Assembly: GCF_006345805.1 (NCBI RefSeq)
Contig: NC_043000.1
Location: 139,376,001-139,440,000, forward strand
Direction: 5' to 3'
DNA from: Octopus sinensis
Lineage: Eukaryota
Length of the DNA stretch: 64,000 nt
In this document: piece by piece, positions 37,009 through 50,354 of the stretch
Layout: each line of letters begins with the position of its first letter
Position numbering within the stretch: the first letter of the stretch is position 1
Made by a program: the position numbers and the translations under genes
Notes under the pieces: model-generated
Database searches by the model: none
Told to the model about the DNA's origin: nothing
The model's input: the letters and a program-made list of their open reading frames with translations, nothing else

Positions 37009-39120
37009 TTTCTTTTGCTGGAAGGACACTGGCTATGTTGGATTGAAATTTATGAGTAGTGGTTTATCTTAAGAACCCAAGTTGCCCCATCAGCTTCCAC
37101 TCGATGATGATAATGATGTAGTTTCTTAGTATTTTATTTTCAAGCAATCCTGAACTGATTTCAAAGCAGGGACCTTTAGCAGTTTGATCTTGCATTTATA
37201 GACTACTTATTAATACATTGCATTTATTGTAGTACACAATAATGCTTGACATATGGGGCAGTTTTTATTAATTTCAACTGTATACTAAACTTATATTTTT
37301 CAAACCATTTGACTAACTGTACAAGTATGAAATGGGAACACATCCCCTTAATTGTTATTTCATGTTTGTAGCATCAAAAATTTCTTTTTCTACTTTTTTT
37401 TAATCATCCAAAAATGTGGAAGGTTAGAACAATTTGTTGACATGAGCCAAAGGAGAAGTTTTCTGCTATGAACTCCTCTTTCATCACTTCATGTTACAGT
37501 TAGGCTGTGATATTCTATTTTCCCACTAGTCTACGTTATTAGCTTCCTTCCTACTGTTCAATAGTTTTTTTTTTCTATTGCTACTACCTACCTCTTGTAT
37601 AATGTGTAACTAAAACGTTTTAATATTCTTTGAAATATTTTCTCAATCTTTGCCTGTTCTCAATGTCAAGCTTCCATGTATTCTTGAAATAAAAGATAGA
37701 CAAGGTGAATGGAATGTTAGTTATACTCTATGCATCTAACGAAATATACCCTATGATAACAGTTTCAGTAATCAAACATGCTGGTGATTCAGCAGAGCAT
37801 TCGACGAACATTAAAAACCTGAACTGCATAATTCACTTGTCTCTACAAAATTCTAAATTACATTACCCGTCCAACCCATGCTAGCATGGAAAGCGGACGT
37901 TAAACTATGATGATGATGATGATTACGTCAGTAGTCAATTTCTTGTTTCTTCTCATTTTATCATATTATACAGCACATCATTTATGTAAGTTCCAGTAGC
38001 AATTCTATGAACCAAGGTCTCTAACACCAACTCTCAGAGGCAAACGTTGATAGTTTCCACTAATCAGTCATTACACAGCTTCACTAATCAGGAAATAATG
38101 GTATATGTAATTTATCTATCTATTGCTTGTAAATAGCTTATTTACAATTCACTGCAGTCAAGATAAGCTTCTCTACTTATTTGGTTTTCTGGCGACACAT
38201 CATGTAACCATAACCAGATGATGTTGAGCAGTTAAATGACAGTAATTTGTTCAGCACAGCCAGACATTTGTGACAGTGATGCTATCACACACTTCTACTA
38301 CAAATGAGACAATGAGGGAACCTCTCCATGGTCGTTTAACCTGCTAGAAATATCAACCATATCGCCTTTAAATTACACCCTCACTTCAAACATGTGAAAA
38401 GCACTGCATAACATAGCACTAGACATGTGATTCCTAAAGAGAAGGAGGGGTGTTTATAGCTGGGGCGATTTAAATAGTAAGTCTTTATTTGTCAGGACTG
38501 ACCTTCACTTTATTACTTTTTCAGGAAGACTGGCAGTATCCTTGACCATTCATAGGGCCTCCAAGACAGGTGGAAAGAAAAGAGAGAGAAAAGTTCTCTG
38601 AAATCAGAATTCTGGCTCAGAAGCTTTCAACAGGGTGGACTCCATGAAAGGTATCCAAAGACCAAGTAGCTGTGTTAAACTAGGTAAAAGATTAAGTCTA
38701 CTATCCAAGGAGGTTTAGGCTGGATTTCAACTCAGCTCAAGAGGCAAAGAGCCAAAAGAAATACGACATGATGTACCACCAAATCATCATCCCTTACTAG
38801 TATTTATATATTAGCAATGAAAAAATGAAAAGTAAAGTTGGTCTCAGTAGGATTTGAACTTAAAAAGCAAGAAACCAGAATACTGCAATGTATTTCCCTT
38901 TTGTCTTGATACTCAAACAACCCTGTCGCTTGCGATCTGACCTAGAGTTAAAAAACATCATCGTCATCGTTATCATTATTTAACATCCACTTTGCCAACC
39001 TTGCATGGATTGAATGGAATTTTTTGAGGCAGATTTTCTGATCTTTACTTATTTCCAAGTAAGATAATATATCCCATGACCAAATATGTTTTCACGTAAG
39101 ATTCGAAATGATGGACATAC

Positions 39121-39335
39121 GTTTCTACTCTAGGCACAAGGCCTGCAATTTTTGGGGAGGGGGCCAGTCAATTAGATCGACTCCAGTACGTACAACTGGT
39201 ACTTAATTTATCGACCCCAAAAGGATGTAAGGCAAAGTCGACTTTGATGGAATTTGAACTCAGGACATAGAGGCAGACAAAATACCACTAAGCATTTTAC
39301 CTGGTGTGCTAATGTTTCTGCCAGCTTGCTGCCTT
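39121..39335 (-). mobile_element. SINE family B (alternate tail CTTGTGCCTAGAGTAGAAA) with 14-bp TSD
   Basis: GAAATGATGGACAT at 39105-39118 and 39336-39349. Confidence 0.8.
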
Positions 39336-39437
39336 GAAATGATGGACATTGCTTGCACGATGGTGATATTTATTTACAACTGTTAAATGAAGCCAAGGAG
39401 ATAGTCTCACACACACACACACACATATATATATATA

Positions 39438-39665
39438 CAATAATCCTTTGCCATATCGTGTTTCACCTATCGCAGTTTATGATTTAAGCTTACATCGATT
39501 CCTCCATGGTGTTGTTTCGCATTTATGATAAAATAAATATATACAAATTATAAAAATAAAAAAAAAAAATATGCAGCACATTACTGTTTCTATTTCGTGA
39601 ATTTTCATCAATTGCAGAGAGTTTTGGATCATAACCTAACACCCACGATAGTTGAAGAATTACTG
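39438..39665. mobile_element. pogo/Tigger-like MITE inserted in a (TA)n tract
   Basis: Degenerate TIRs CAATAATCCTTTGCCATATCGTG / CACGATAGTTGAAGAATTACTG; TA on both sides. Confidence 0.65.
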
Positions 39666-39689
39666 TATGTATACACACACATGCACATA

Positions 39690-39860
39690 TATATATGACA
39701 AGTTTCTTTAAATTTCCATCTACTAAATCGATTCATCTCACAAGACTTTGGTCAGCCTGAAGCTATTGTAGAAAACACAGGATCATGGTACAGTGCAATG
39801 GAACTGAACTGAAGACCATGTGGTTTGGAAGCAAACTTCTTACCATACAGTCACACCTGC
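39690..39860 (-). mobile_element. SINE family A 5' part, degenerate
   Basis: GACCATGTGGTTTGGAAGCAAACTTCTTACCA. Confidence 0.6.
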
Positions 39861-40167
39861 ATAAAATAAAATGTAATTATGCTATAAAGTAGCAAAGCAG
39901 AAATATACACTCGACAACAGTAAAAATACTTTAGAAAAGAAGAGTACTGCATCATTAAACAGTCTCTGTTGAGGTGTTGTATACTTGTTCCTTTGTATAG
40001 CAATTTCCTGAATTGCAGACTTGTTCAACCTGTGTCAATATGATAGACAAATGAATATTAGGATGATGATGACAATGATTAATTAGTTTAGCAGTCCAAA
40101 TACACAAACACACACACACATACATTCATACATACATGCATACACACACACACACACACATATATAT

Positions 40168-40875
40168 ACTCAACAAACATGCTAAAAATGGAGAAGATGC
40201 TAAAATTTGAAAGAATTTTGATACATGCATACGATCGTTTTGAACAACGATATTAACATGTAAATACCATGTAGAATAATTAAAATTAATGTGATTAATT
40301 TAGATTAATTACATATCACTGTTCCCTTCAAGGCAAGATGTAGACAACAATAGTTATTATTATTACAGAAGACTTGAAGGAGATAGCAGAAAACAAATTT
40401 GGATATACATAGACAATATCATATAACATTTTTCTCATTTTGTGTAAATACACCCGAATTGGCTATCTGCTATCTCTTTTATCAAGTCTTCTGTAATAAT
40501 AATAATAACTATTGTTGTATACTTCTTGCACTGAGGAGATCTGTGATATATAATTAGTTTAAATTAATCAAATTAATTTTAATTATTCTATCATGTTATT
40601 TACATGTTAATATCATTGTTTGAAACGATCACATGCATGTATTAAAATTCTTTCAAATTCTAACTTCTTCCCTTCTCCAGTTTTAACATATTTGTTGAGA
40701 TTCTATGGGCTACTTTTCCATAAATTCTCATAACACACCATATACATGTAATAATTTCATATTTTTCATAAATTTTACACCAGTAATACACCAGCTAAAT
40801 ATGAAGAATCTTTGTTAGAAATCGCCCTTTGGAACCTTCCAAAATAAAGGATGAAATATAATTCAAACTTTTCAC
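40168..40875. mobile_element. Penelope-like pseudo-LTR with ~225-bp inverted arms
   Basis: 40168-40390 is approximately the reverse complement of 40465-40699; each arm has a long-stem-II hammerhead; flanked by (CA)n/(TA)n. Confidence 0.7.
40527..40637 (+). ncRNA. Degenerate hammerhead ribozyme with long stem II (mirror copy at 40226-40335 on minus)
   Basis: Two-arm consensus ugca CUGARGA gaacagugauau...auaucauuguuc GAAA cgaucg UA ugca. Confidence 0.55.
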
Positions 40876-40990
40876 ACACACATATATATATTTGTGTATA
40901 AGGCTACCACTGGTTTATGTTAAAAAAATATTTTAATATCTTAACAATTATTGAAGCTGATCACATGATGAAATTGGTGTTTATCTTTAA

Positions 40991-41438
40991 TCTATACATA
41001 TGAAGCTGAAGTTGTCTGTGTGTGTGTGTGTGTGGCAGGTTTGGTAGCCTTCAACTAACACTATCTCCTCTGAGACCCTGCGACACAAGTTGACCAAAAT
41101 TGAGAGCATGATAGAAAAAGGCTTGCTCTTCATTCTGTAGAAGAAGAATTTCAAATCGGACCATGTTAAGATCAAAAATTATTTACATGAAAAAGGTGCT
41201 TTTTCTCTATGAAAATTCCTTATTTTTTACGGTTTTTTGACGGCTGTGTCGCCATCTTTTGGTGTATTTCAACCAGAAAAATGTTCACTTAAAGAGAATA
41301 ACAAGCTACATAATGTAAAATTTTGACTTTTCAAAAAAGATTGAAACTATGTCAAAACTTTGTTAACACAATATCAAAGCCTGCTGTTTTAAGTGCAACT
41401 AAAAAACAAACCCGAGCAACGCTGGGCTATACTGCTAG
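40991..41438 (+). mobile_element. Non-autonomous Helitron
   Basis: A|TC 5' end, 3' hairpin CCCGAGCAACGCTGGG then CTAG|T; no TSD. Confidence 0.8.
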
Positions 41439-43087
41439 TAATAAATAAAATATTATGTCATTCAATCTATTCCATATTGTCCAGTTACAAATAACATTTC
41501 TCCCATTTTGTATAAGCAGTAACATCATTCCATTGCCAAATAGGTCAAATCAGGGAGAGCTGTCAAAAGAGGCTTTAAAGCAATTACTCAATCTGCTAGA
41601 AATAGCAATTAGATTAACTTCAATTCACCACTTAATGAACCTAAGAAAAGAAGGCTTATATTGAATAATTTTTAAAGGAAAAAAACTGGTGTTCACAGTC
41701 AAACTCAGACTTAGAGTTAAACAACAAAAACGTTTGAAGTATGAATCTGTATAATCAATCAATGTATATAAAAATATTTACTTTAAAAAAACAAAGGACA
41801 GCTGCTGCTGCTACTACTACTACTACTACCACCACCACCACCACCACCAACACCATCACTGTTATAAGGAGATTGACTGTTTTGTTAAGACATCAATTCA
41901 ATTCTGTATATTGAATAAAATATATATTAAATTGAATAAATTAATTTCTACTGATTCTCTGTATTTAACTAAGCAAAGAGGTTTCTCTGAATATTTAATT
42001 TACATTGTTTATCATTTTTCTCAAACATTAGCAAGTTGTTAGATTGCATATTGAATTTATAAATGCAATTTTAGCTAAGTTGACACTTGTTTCAGAAATC
42101 TGTGAAATATATAGTCTCGATACAAAACCAACAATGAATAAATAAATACAAAACATTTATAGATAAATGTTAAAAAATACGAATATTATATCTAAAATGA
42201 ATATATAAACACTTTTAAAAATAGTTACACATAAGTGAATAAATAAATAAATAAATAGATAAAATAAATAAATAAATGAATAAATGGTATCTGGAAGGAA
42301 TCAAATTATGGAGAATATCAGTATTGTTTTATTTCATTTCCAGCTCAGAAAATTTCACTTATAAATTATGAAGCAAAAATAATTCTATTTTCTGCAAATG
42401 TTTTATTCAATTCTGTTTTCTAACAAGCATTCGGTAAAATTTTAAGCAAAACGAGAAATGATCTTAAGAACCAGAATGAAATTAATTTAATCTTTAATTA
42501 AAACTGATAACGTAAAACTTGAAACCTGATTTTTATTTTAGTCTCTCTCTTCAGTAATTAAATTCAGTTAAATGGAATTATCAATGTGCTTCTTGGATTA
42601 GCTTACAAAGGGAAAGCCCTCAAGGCTAAGATAAAAGAGAATGTATATCAATAAAATGAGTCTTTTAACTGCAAGTGTCAAGCTGTGAATTCAATTGTTT
42701 TTCTTGAGGTCGAAGTAGAATATGGGAAGTTGATAATTAAGTTTTTTTTCCTTTTGTATGTGTGTGGTAAATGAGTATACATGTATTTAATAAAGGAATA
42801 CAGGAAGAAAAATAGATTGAAATATGAATATGCAATATTAGAAGATCTAGTTCCCATTTTGATTGTAATTATCATTACCGATAACGATCAAATATGCAAT
42901 GGAGTTTGTTACATTTCTTTTAAGTATTTTAAAATTAAACAAAATTTTATGGTACAGAATTTGAAATCATCTTATAAAATTGGTAGCAACTTTCATTGGA
43001 CCCAAACAAACATGAAATATTAAAGCAATGGTCGAAAACTGAATTTAGATCATCATACACTCAAATATAGAATTTAAGGAAGAGATT

Positions 43088-43325
43088 TTGGCGTTAGTGT
43101 GGTTAAGAAGTTCGCTTTGCAACTATATAGATTTGCGTTCAGTCCCACTGTATGACATCTTGGGTAAGTGTCTTTTACAATAGAGCTAGGCTGACCAATG
43201 CCTGGTGAGTGAATTTGTCTGACAGAAACTGTGTGGAAACCCATTGTGTATGGACGTACATATGTATGTATGTACATATGTATGTATGTACATATGTATG
43301 TATGTATGTATATGTACACACACAC
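43088..43325 (+). mobile_element. SINE family A 5' part, degenerate
   Basis: GTGTGGTTAAGAAGTTCGCTT...GTTCAGTCCCACTG...CATCTTGGGTAAGTG. Confidence 0.65.
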
Positions 43326-43384
43326 ACAAATTTAATTCTAACAAAACTTTATTGAAACTTTTAAAGATATTTACATAATTGATA

Positions 43385-43650
43385 TTATTTACATTCTCAT
43401 CTGGTTTGTTGTTAATACAACATTTCAGCTGATATACCCTCCAGCCTTCATCAGGTGTCTTGAGGGAAATTTCGAACCTGGCTTCTCATTCCTAAGGTTC
43501 AAAATTTCCCCAAGAAACCTGAAGAGGGCTGCAGGGTATATCAGCCAAAACATTGTGTTAACAACAAACAAGATGAGGACAAATATCAGTCGAATATAAA
43601 TAATGTAAATAATGTACATAATTCCTCATCTCTTAAATATAGAACTGTAA
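43385..43650. mobile_element. Penelope-like inverted pseudo-LTR with hammerhead in each arm
   Basis: 43385-43480 is approximately the reverse complement of 43495-43610. Confidence 0.75.
43415..43458 (-). ncRNA. Minimal hammerhead ribozyme, canonical core (mirror copy 43515-43558 on plus has GAAA>AAAA)
   Basis: Minus strand: acac CUGAUGA a ggcug-gaggguauau-cagcu GAAA ug UU guau. Confidence 0.7.
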
Positions 43651-44062
43651 GATCATTGTTTATTTTGAAAAGCACATACAAATATTAGTGAATAGACAAA
43701 ATTATCAGGTCTAAAGTTTAAGTTTCCTTCAAGTAAATCAATAATTACATTCACTGTATACAATGGACCAACGATCTTGACAAAGATTTATACAAGGAAA
43801 ATATACAATTTGACCACCAATAGTTCTGTTTTAAGAAAAGGGCTAAAATATTTGTGGAACTCCAAATACCTAGAATTATATTTTTCCTTAAAACATTTAA
43901 ATGAACGAGCAAATGTAAATCCTTAAATGTAAATTGATACACCTAATGAAATTGTCTGATTCAAAGCAGGGTAGCACCGTAAAGCCAGATGTTGAAAGTA
44001 ATCATACAGCATCCAATGAGGGACAGACAGAGCAGTCAGCTCTTGCAGTAAAAACACACCAA

Positions 44063-44398
44063 TATCATCATCATCATCATCATCGTTTAACGTCCACTTT
44101 CCATGCTGGCATGGCTTGGACGATTTGACTGAGGTCTGGTGAACCAGATGGCTACACCAGGCTCCAATGTGATCTGGCAGAGTTTCTACAGCTGGATGCC
44201 CTTCCTAATGCCAACCACTCCGAGAGTGTAGTGGGTGCTTTTACGTGCCACCAGTTAGGTGGTACTTACAACGGCCACGCTCAAATGATGCTTTTCATGT
44301 GCCACCTGCACAGGAGCCAGTCCAGCGGCACTGGCAACAACCTCGTGTAACAATCATGCTTGAATGGTGTTTTTTACGTGCTATCGGCATGGTGGCCA
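44063..44398 (-). mobile_element. SINE family C
   Basis: (CAT)n tail plus modules. Confidence 0.85.
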
Positions 44399-44667
44399 CG
44401 GAAATCCATACCTTTACTGTACAAACAGAAGAACACCAAAACCTTGTGGATGCTTTACAAGTGACCTGAGATGATATGTTTCAACATGCTCACAACCTTA
44501 ATTTGAATGACAGGCCATAGAACATCAGTAGAAGTAAAGAGCCTAGTAAATTAGAATCAGAGGTAGTAAACAAAATAGCAGACAAACATCTGAAGACCAC
44601 ACAGTCCAGAGGTATAAAAACAACCTACGAAACCATTAACCTATATCACAGCTACTACATTACTAGC

Positions 44668-44929
44668 GATGGAGGCGTGTGGCTCAGTGGTTAGGGTGTC
44701 AGCATCATGATTGTAAGATTGTGGTTTCGATTCCTAGACCGGGTGACGCATTGTGTTCTAGAGCAAAACACTTCATTTCACGTTGCTCCAGTCCACTCAG
44801 CAGGCAAAAATGAGTAACGCTGCGATGGTCTGGAGTCCTGTCCAGCTGGGGAACACATACGCCATTGAAACCAGGAAACTGGGCCCATGAGCCTGGCTAG
44901 GTTTTAAAAGGGCGCATTAATTATAATTT
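44668..44929 (+). mobile_element. SINE family D, full-length with 12-bp TSD
   Basis: A box TGGCTCAGTGG, B box GGTTTCGATTCC; TACATTACTAGC at 44656-44667 and 44930-44941. Confidence 0.85.
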
Positions 44930-45004
44930 TACATTACTAGCATATTGTAAAGAGCTGAAGCCACACAATTGAGATTCAAGCAGAAAGCCTGAACCGGCAT
45001 ACCT

Positions 45005-45415
45005 CTCTTTTCTCTTTCTCTTTTCCTTGTTTCAGTCATTTTGCCTGCGGCCATGCTGGAGCACCGCCTTTAATCAAGCAACTCGACCCCGGGATTTATT
45101 CTTTTGTAAGCCCAGTACTTATTCTATCGGTCTCTTTTGCTGAACTGCTAAGTAACGGGCACATAAACACACCAGCATCGGTTGTCAAACAATGCTAGGG
45201 GGACAAACACAGACACACAAACATACACACACACATATATACATATATACGACGGGCTTCTTTCAGTTTCCATCTACCAAATCCACTCACAAGGCTTTGG
45301 TCAGCCTGAGGCTATAGTAGAAGACACTTGCCCAAGGTGCCACGCAGTGGGACTGAACCCGGAACCATGTGGTTGGTAAGCAAGCTACTTACCACACAGC
45401 CACTTCTGCGCCTAT
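45005..45415 (-). mobile_element. SINE family A, full-length
   Basis: Family A reverse complement. Confidence 0.9.
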
Positions 45416-46009
45416 GTAAATTATAAAATAATTATAAAATATTCTGATAGAATAAGTACCAGATTTGACTAAAATAAGTACACAGGTCTATTGGTTCAAC
45501 TAAATCCTTCAAGGTTGTGCCCCAGCATGACCACACTTCAAAAAGTGACACAAGAAGAATATAAACGATATATTGTATATGCTCCATTATTTCACCGTAT
45601 TAAAATTGCTAATTTTTACAAAGAAATCTATTTAAATCCAGTTAATGCTTGTGTGTGTGTATGACAAGTATTGTTCAATTATCATTCGAGAGTGTCGACG
45701 ATAAGCCTATCAAAAATACAAGGAGTTTTTGTATCATGTCGAAATGTGAAATGTTTAAGATATTTGTTCTTGATATTTTCAGTCAGGTCCTTGCTTGTCT
45801 TTAATAGTGTGGATCTAAATTTACCTGAAAATTGCTTCATTATTTAGGAAACTAGAATACAGTAGCTCTAACAAGACAAATTTCTAAATATGTGCCTGTA
45901 ACTATATGTATGTGTGTGAGCTTATATTTTATCTTTAGAAGTAGTACACAGTTTCTGTTACTTAGGCAACCAAGTAAGTAGTGGTGAGGGTTGCTCCTTA
46001 TTCTTATTC

Positions 46010-46666
46010 TAGCAACAAAAATCAACGAGCCACAATCTCTGCTAGTTTTCTTGCTCGTCAACGCTCAACTCATGGACACAAGCAACGATTTCTTCAATGA
46101 ATTGTTACTGGCAACGAAAAATGGTGCCTCTACAGTGTAAGGAATGACATAGCACTGCTAAACAAACGACACCACATGTGAAACAAGATCTTCATCTGCG
46201 TAAAGCGATATTGTGCATATGGTGGAACTGAGAAGGGATTATCCATTATGAATTGCTTGAACAGAACCAAATGGTCAATGCGGAATTCTATGTTCAACAG
46301 ATGGAACGACTCAACATGGTTATTCAAGAGAAAAGACCTAATCAGCAGCATGGAGTTCTTCTGCTGCAAGACAACACCCACCCTCATATCGCCAATATGA
46401 CCAAGGATGACATTCAAATGCATGGCTGGGAAGTGCTGCCACACCAGCTGTACTCGCCTGATTTGGCACCAACAGATTTCCACCTTTTTCGATCTCTTTC
46501 AAATGCTATACACAGAGTTTTGTTCAATACTGATGCAGAATTGAGAGCTTGGTTGGATCAATTTTTCGAGTCGAAATCGGGTGATTTCTACCAACGAGGT
46601 ATTGAAAATCTTGTTGAACGTTGGGAAGAAGTTGTAAAAAACAAGGGGGAATACATTATTGATTAA
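46010..46666 (+). pseudogene. mariner (D,D34D) transposase, C-terminal catalytic domain relic
   Basis: RFLQ*IVTGNEKWCLY ... LLLQDNTHPH ... WEVLPH..YSPDLAPTDFHLFRSL ... FYQRGIENLVERWEEV. Confidence 0.9.
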
Positions 46667-46750
46667 TTAGATGTTATTTTTAATTAAACCTTTTAAAAAA
46701 TTTTAATTTAAAAAAAAAACCCGGCAGGAACTTAGTTGCCAACCCAATGT
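46010..46750 (+). mobile_element. mariner element 3' portion with right TIR
   Basis: CCGGCAGGAACTTAGTTGCCAACCCAAT followed by TA-rich sequence at ~46721-46750. Confidence 0.8.
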
Positions 46751-46881
46751 ATATACGCTGACAGGGGAGATAACCACGTTGCAACTTTGGCAAATGTCTT
46801 CTAATATAGTTTTGGGCCAACCAAAGTCTTGTGAGTGGACTTGGTAGATGGTAACTGAAAGAAGCCTATCATATATTATAT

Positions 46882-47092
46882 ACTCTTTTACTCTTTTACT
46901 TGTTTCAGTCATTTGACTGCGGCCATGCTGGAGCACCGCCTTTAGTCGAGCAAATCGACCCCGGGACTTATTCTTTGTAAGCCCAGTACTTATTCTATCG
47001 GTCTCTTTTTGCCGAACCGCTAAGTTACGGGGACGTAAACACACCAGAATCGGTTGTCAAGCAATGCTAGGGGGACAAACACAGACACACAA

Positions 47093-47144
<52 letters not shown>

Positions 47145-47266
47145 GACAGGCTTCTTTCAGTTTCCGTCTACCAAATCCACTCACAAGGCATTGGTCGGCC
47201 CGGGGCTATAGCAGAAGACACTTGCCCAAGATGCCACGCAGTGGGACTGAACCCGGAGCCATGTGG
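46882..47266 (-). mobile_element. SINE family A (5'-truncated) inserted into the (TA)n of an older plus-strand family A copy (46775-46880 / 47267-47478)
   Basis: Young copy interrupts the older copy at its microsatellite. Confidence 0.8.
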
Positions 47267-47498
47267 TATATATTTGCACATGTGTGTGTGTGTTTCCTTC
47301 ACTAATGCTTACCAACTAGTGTTAGTTTCTTTATATCTCCCCAAACTAACAGTTCAGAATATGTATAAGGCTTAAAAGATTAACTATTGGGGGTCAATTC
47401 ATTCTACTACAACCCTTTAAGGCAATGCCCCAGTATGGCCAAACTCCAATGACTATAGCAAGCAACAGATAAAAGACAGTAGTTGTATAACTGACACA

Positions 47499-47898
47499 TC
47501 TTTATATATAAAAGTCAAGTTGTGTGAGTGTCTGTCTCCTACGATTTCGATTCCTAACTACTCCCACATTTTGCGGTGCAGTTTAACCCAAACTGGGTAT
47601 CTATAGTCGTGATTCATATCGAGCCCTTCTGGGTATTAGCGCGCGTCTACGATGAGTCTACGATTTTAAAATAAATTTGCCATCATTTTTTTCCATTTTA
47701 ATGCATTTTTGTCGCTATTACATAAGGGAAGTAACTTACTAAAAATGTCTACGATGAGTCAACGATTAAAAAAAAATTTACCATAATTTTTTTTCCATTT
47801 TTAATGCATTTTTTGCTACTTTTTGGCTATAACTCTCTAAAAATGCTTATATAGTTATTTCCCTTACAAACCCGAGCAACGCTGGGCGATACTGCTAG
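47499..47898 (+). mobile_element. Non-autonomous Helitron, second family
   Basis: A|TCTTTATATATAAAAG start; 3' ACAAACCCGAGCAACGCTGGGCGATACTGCTAG|T nearly identical to the 41438 end; internal tandem repeat. Confidence 0.8.
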
Positions 47899-48379
47899 TA
47901 AATATATAAAGTACTTAGTGACGGTATTGAAATCCATGAAGCCAAACTTTTGACTGGTCTCTTCTAGAATTCTAAATAAAAAACAAAACAAAAACAAAAC
48001 AAAAGAATTTAGTTCCATCTTATAATCAACTCACCAGCATCATTTTCTAATTTTTCTCTTCAAGAATTATTAAGTGGACATTATCAAGCTGGAATATATT
48101 TCTGCTATATCAATTTTTAAATAGCAAAAGTCATTATCAGAAACTAACTCTAGTTAAGACTTTATCCAAATTGGTTCCTGCACTGATTAGATTCCTCATA
48201 TCATTCTTGAATGATGAGGATAAGTATCGTGCTTAAAGATAATCAACAGCAATTTTCTTGCACACATAATTTCATTTACTGTTCTTAACTCCGTACAACT
48301 TTTAGTTACTAATATACATACATTTGCATGTGTATGTGTTGGGAAGGTGGGGTAGATAGTTGGTTGTGTGCATGTGTGC

Positions 48380-48395
48380 CTATTTATATATGTAT

Positions 48396-48435
<40 letters not shown>

Positions 48436-48508
48436 ATCTTTCTCTTTATCTCTCTCCCTATATATATATATTCATATATCAATCTATCTCTTTATCTCTC
48501 TCTCTCCC

Positions 48509-48565
<57 letters not shown>

Positions 48566-48612
48566 CAATCTATCTCTTTATCTCTCTCTCCCTCTGTATA
48601 TATATATATATG
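48380..48612. repeat. Compound (TA)n/(TC)n higher-order microsatellite
   Basis: TATCAATCTWTCTCTTTATCTCTCTC recurs three times. Confidence 0.85.
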
Positions 48613-49609
48613 GATCTGTGGACAGACAGATAGAATCCCAGTGTGAGTAGAGGGTGTGTATAAATGTAAGAAAAGTGATTTAGACAGCAATTATCATTAT
48701 TGTCACATCATTTAATATGCATGTTCTATGCTAGCATGGTTTCCTAACACTGACATGCACTGGGTTTTTACTTTTCCTGTCACCAGCACAAATGAGGTTG
48801 CAAAGCTTTATACAAGAAGCTTTATACAAGAAGATAAAACAAGGGGTTGATGTATGAGAGAACAGGTCAGAACAGAACAGGTTTCTTGCTGTAGAGGAGC
48901 TACTTGGCATTCACAATTTAGTAAAAAGGATCAACTGGGATGGAGCTGGGAAGAGTTAAAACTGTGATAAGATGGGTTGGTGAGCCTTCATGGTACAAGG
49001 GGAGTAAAAGTGAGTGGAGACAGGAAAACTGGGACTGTAGGTGGGTGGAGTTTCCAAGAGTGTATGGAAGCATGAGAGATGGGGAATGGTTGAAGAGATG
49101 AGTATAATGAATGAAGGATATATGTTCGGTAGTAGATATAAGGAAAGGTGGATAAGGAGTAGAGGTGACTATTGATGCATGGGGGATGATAGCAGCAGAA
49201 TACTAATGATGATACAGTAGACAGAGAAAGGATGAGAAAGAGAGAGATAGAGAGAGAGAGAGATGATACATGGTTGGGTTTTTTGCAAGAGGGTGTGGAG
49301 AGAAAATAGCAAGTTTATTGCATGGAAAGAGTGATATGTCTGGTGGTGGAGAAGAGATAATTTGATCTCACAAATGGGTGATCAATGTAAAATGCTTGTG
49401 GAGAGGACAGTTTAAGGATGACTGGTGGATGCCAAGGGAAATGATTCTAAGCAGTCAGAAGGATTATTGGTATTAAAGCAAAGCTACATTAAAAAAACTG
49501 GTTGGTTGTGGTGGTGCCTAGAGGAGGAAATTAGGTGAAGGACCCAGATGTGAATATACATACAGACATTCATTTCTCCCAGAACTTAATTTTGCCGAGA
49601 TAGGTGAGT

Positions 49610-49825
49610 GTTCTTTAGAACAGCATCTCACCTGCCATCCAAGTCTTTTGTCATGTCATCTGCAAAGTTCAGATTTCTGAGATCAGCTGTCACCATTTTC
49701 TCCCATATCTTCCTAAATTTCCATCTTCCACAACCTTACATTAAGCAATCAGTTGTTCCTTAAACATTGTCATCATCCATATTCATCATATTTTTATACT
49801 GATAGAGCCTTCTTTCTTGCATCAC
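49610..49825 (-). mobile_element. RTE LINE C-terminal relic
   Basis: Minus strand resembles G..RK.W...V..DLR.L......T.D...W. Confidence 0.45.
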
Positions 49826-50354
49826 ACACACACACACACACTCATGCACGTACACACACACACACATCACCATTATCATTCTCCTCTTCATGGGTCATAT
49901 AGAGTATACTGAGGCAGATTTTCTACTGCCAGAGACCCTTCCTTTTGCCAACCCATGCCTGTTTCCAAGCGAAGTAATATTTCTAGTATTTGCCCTCCAG
50001 CTAGATATTTTTCACATAATAACGAAAATGAATAGCATTCATTTACAACAATCACATGAATCAACCCCTCCACACACACACACACATACACATAAAGGGC
50101 TTCTTTCAGTTTCTATCTATCAAACCCACCCACAGGGCTTTAGCTGGCCCAGTGTTATGGTAGTAGACATTTGCATAAGCTGTTACACAGCAGGAATGAA
50201 CTTGGAACCATGTGGATGGAAAGCAAATTGCCTAACAACACAGCTACACTTGCACCTGACAGAGAATTTTCTACCTTCTAAGACAGTGTGGATGACAAAC
50301 ATTTGCATTTAAATATACATAGGTGGGCAATGTTTAACATTGTTTTATGTATGC

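Noticed and set aside
44668-44745. tRNA gene
   Set aside because: A/B boxes belong to a SINE head that continues into the SINE body and is flanked by a TSD; the same applies to other SINE heads
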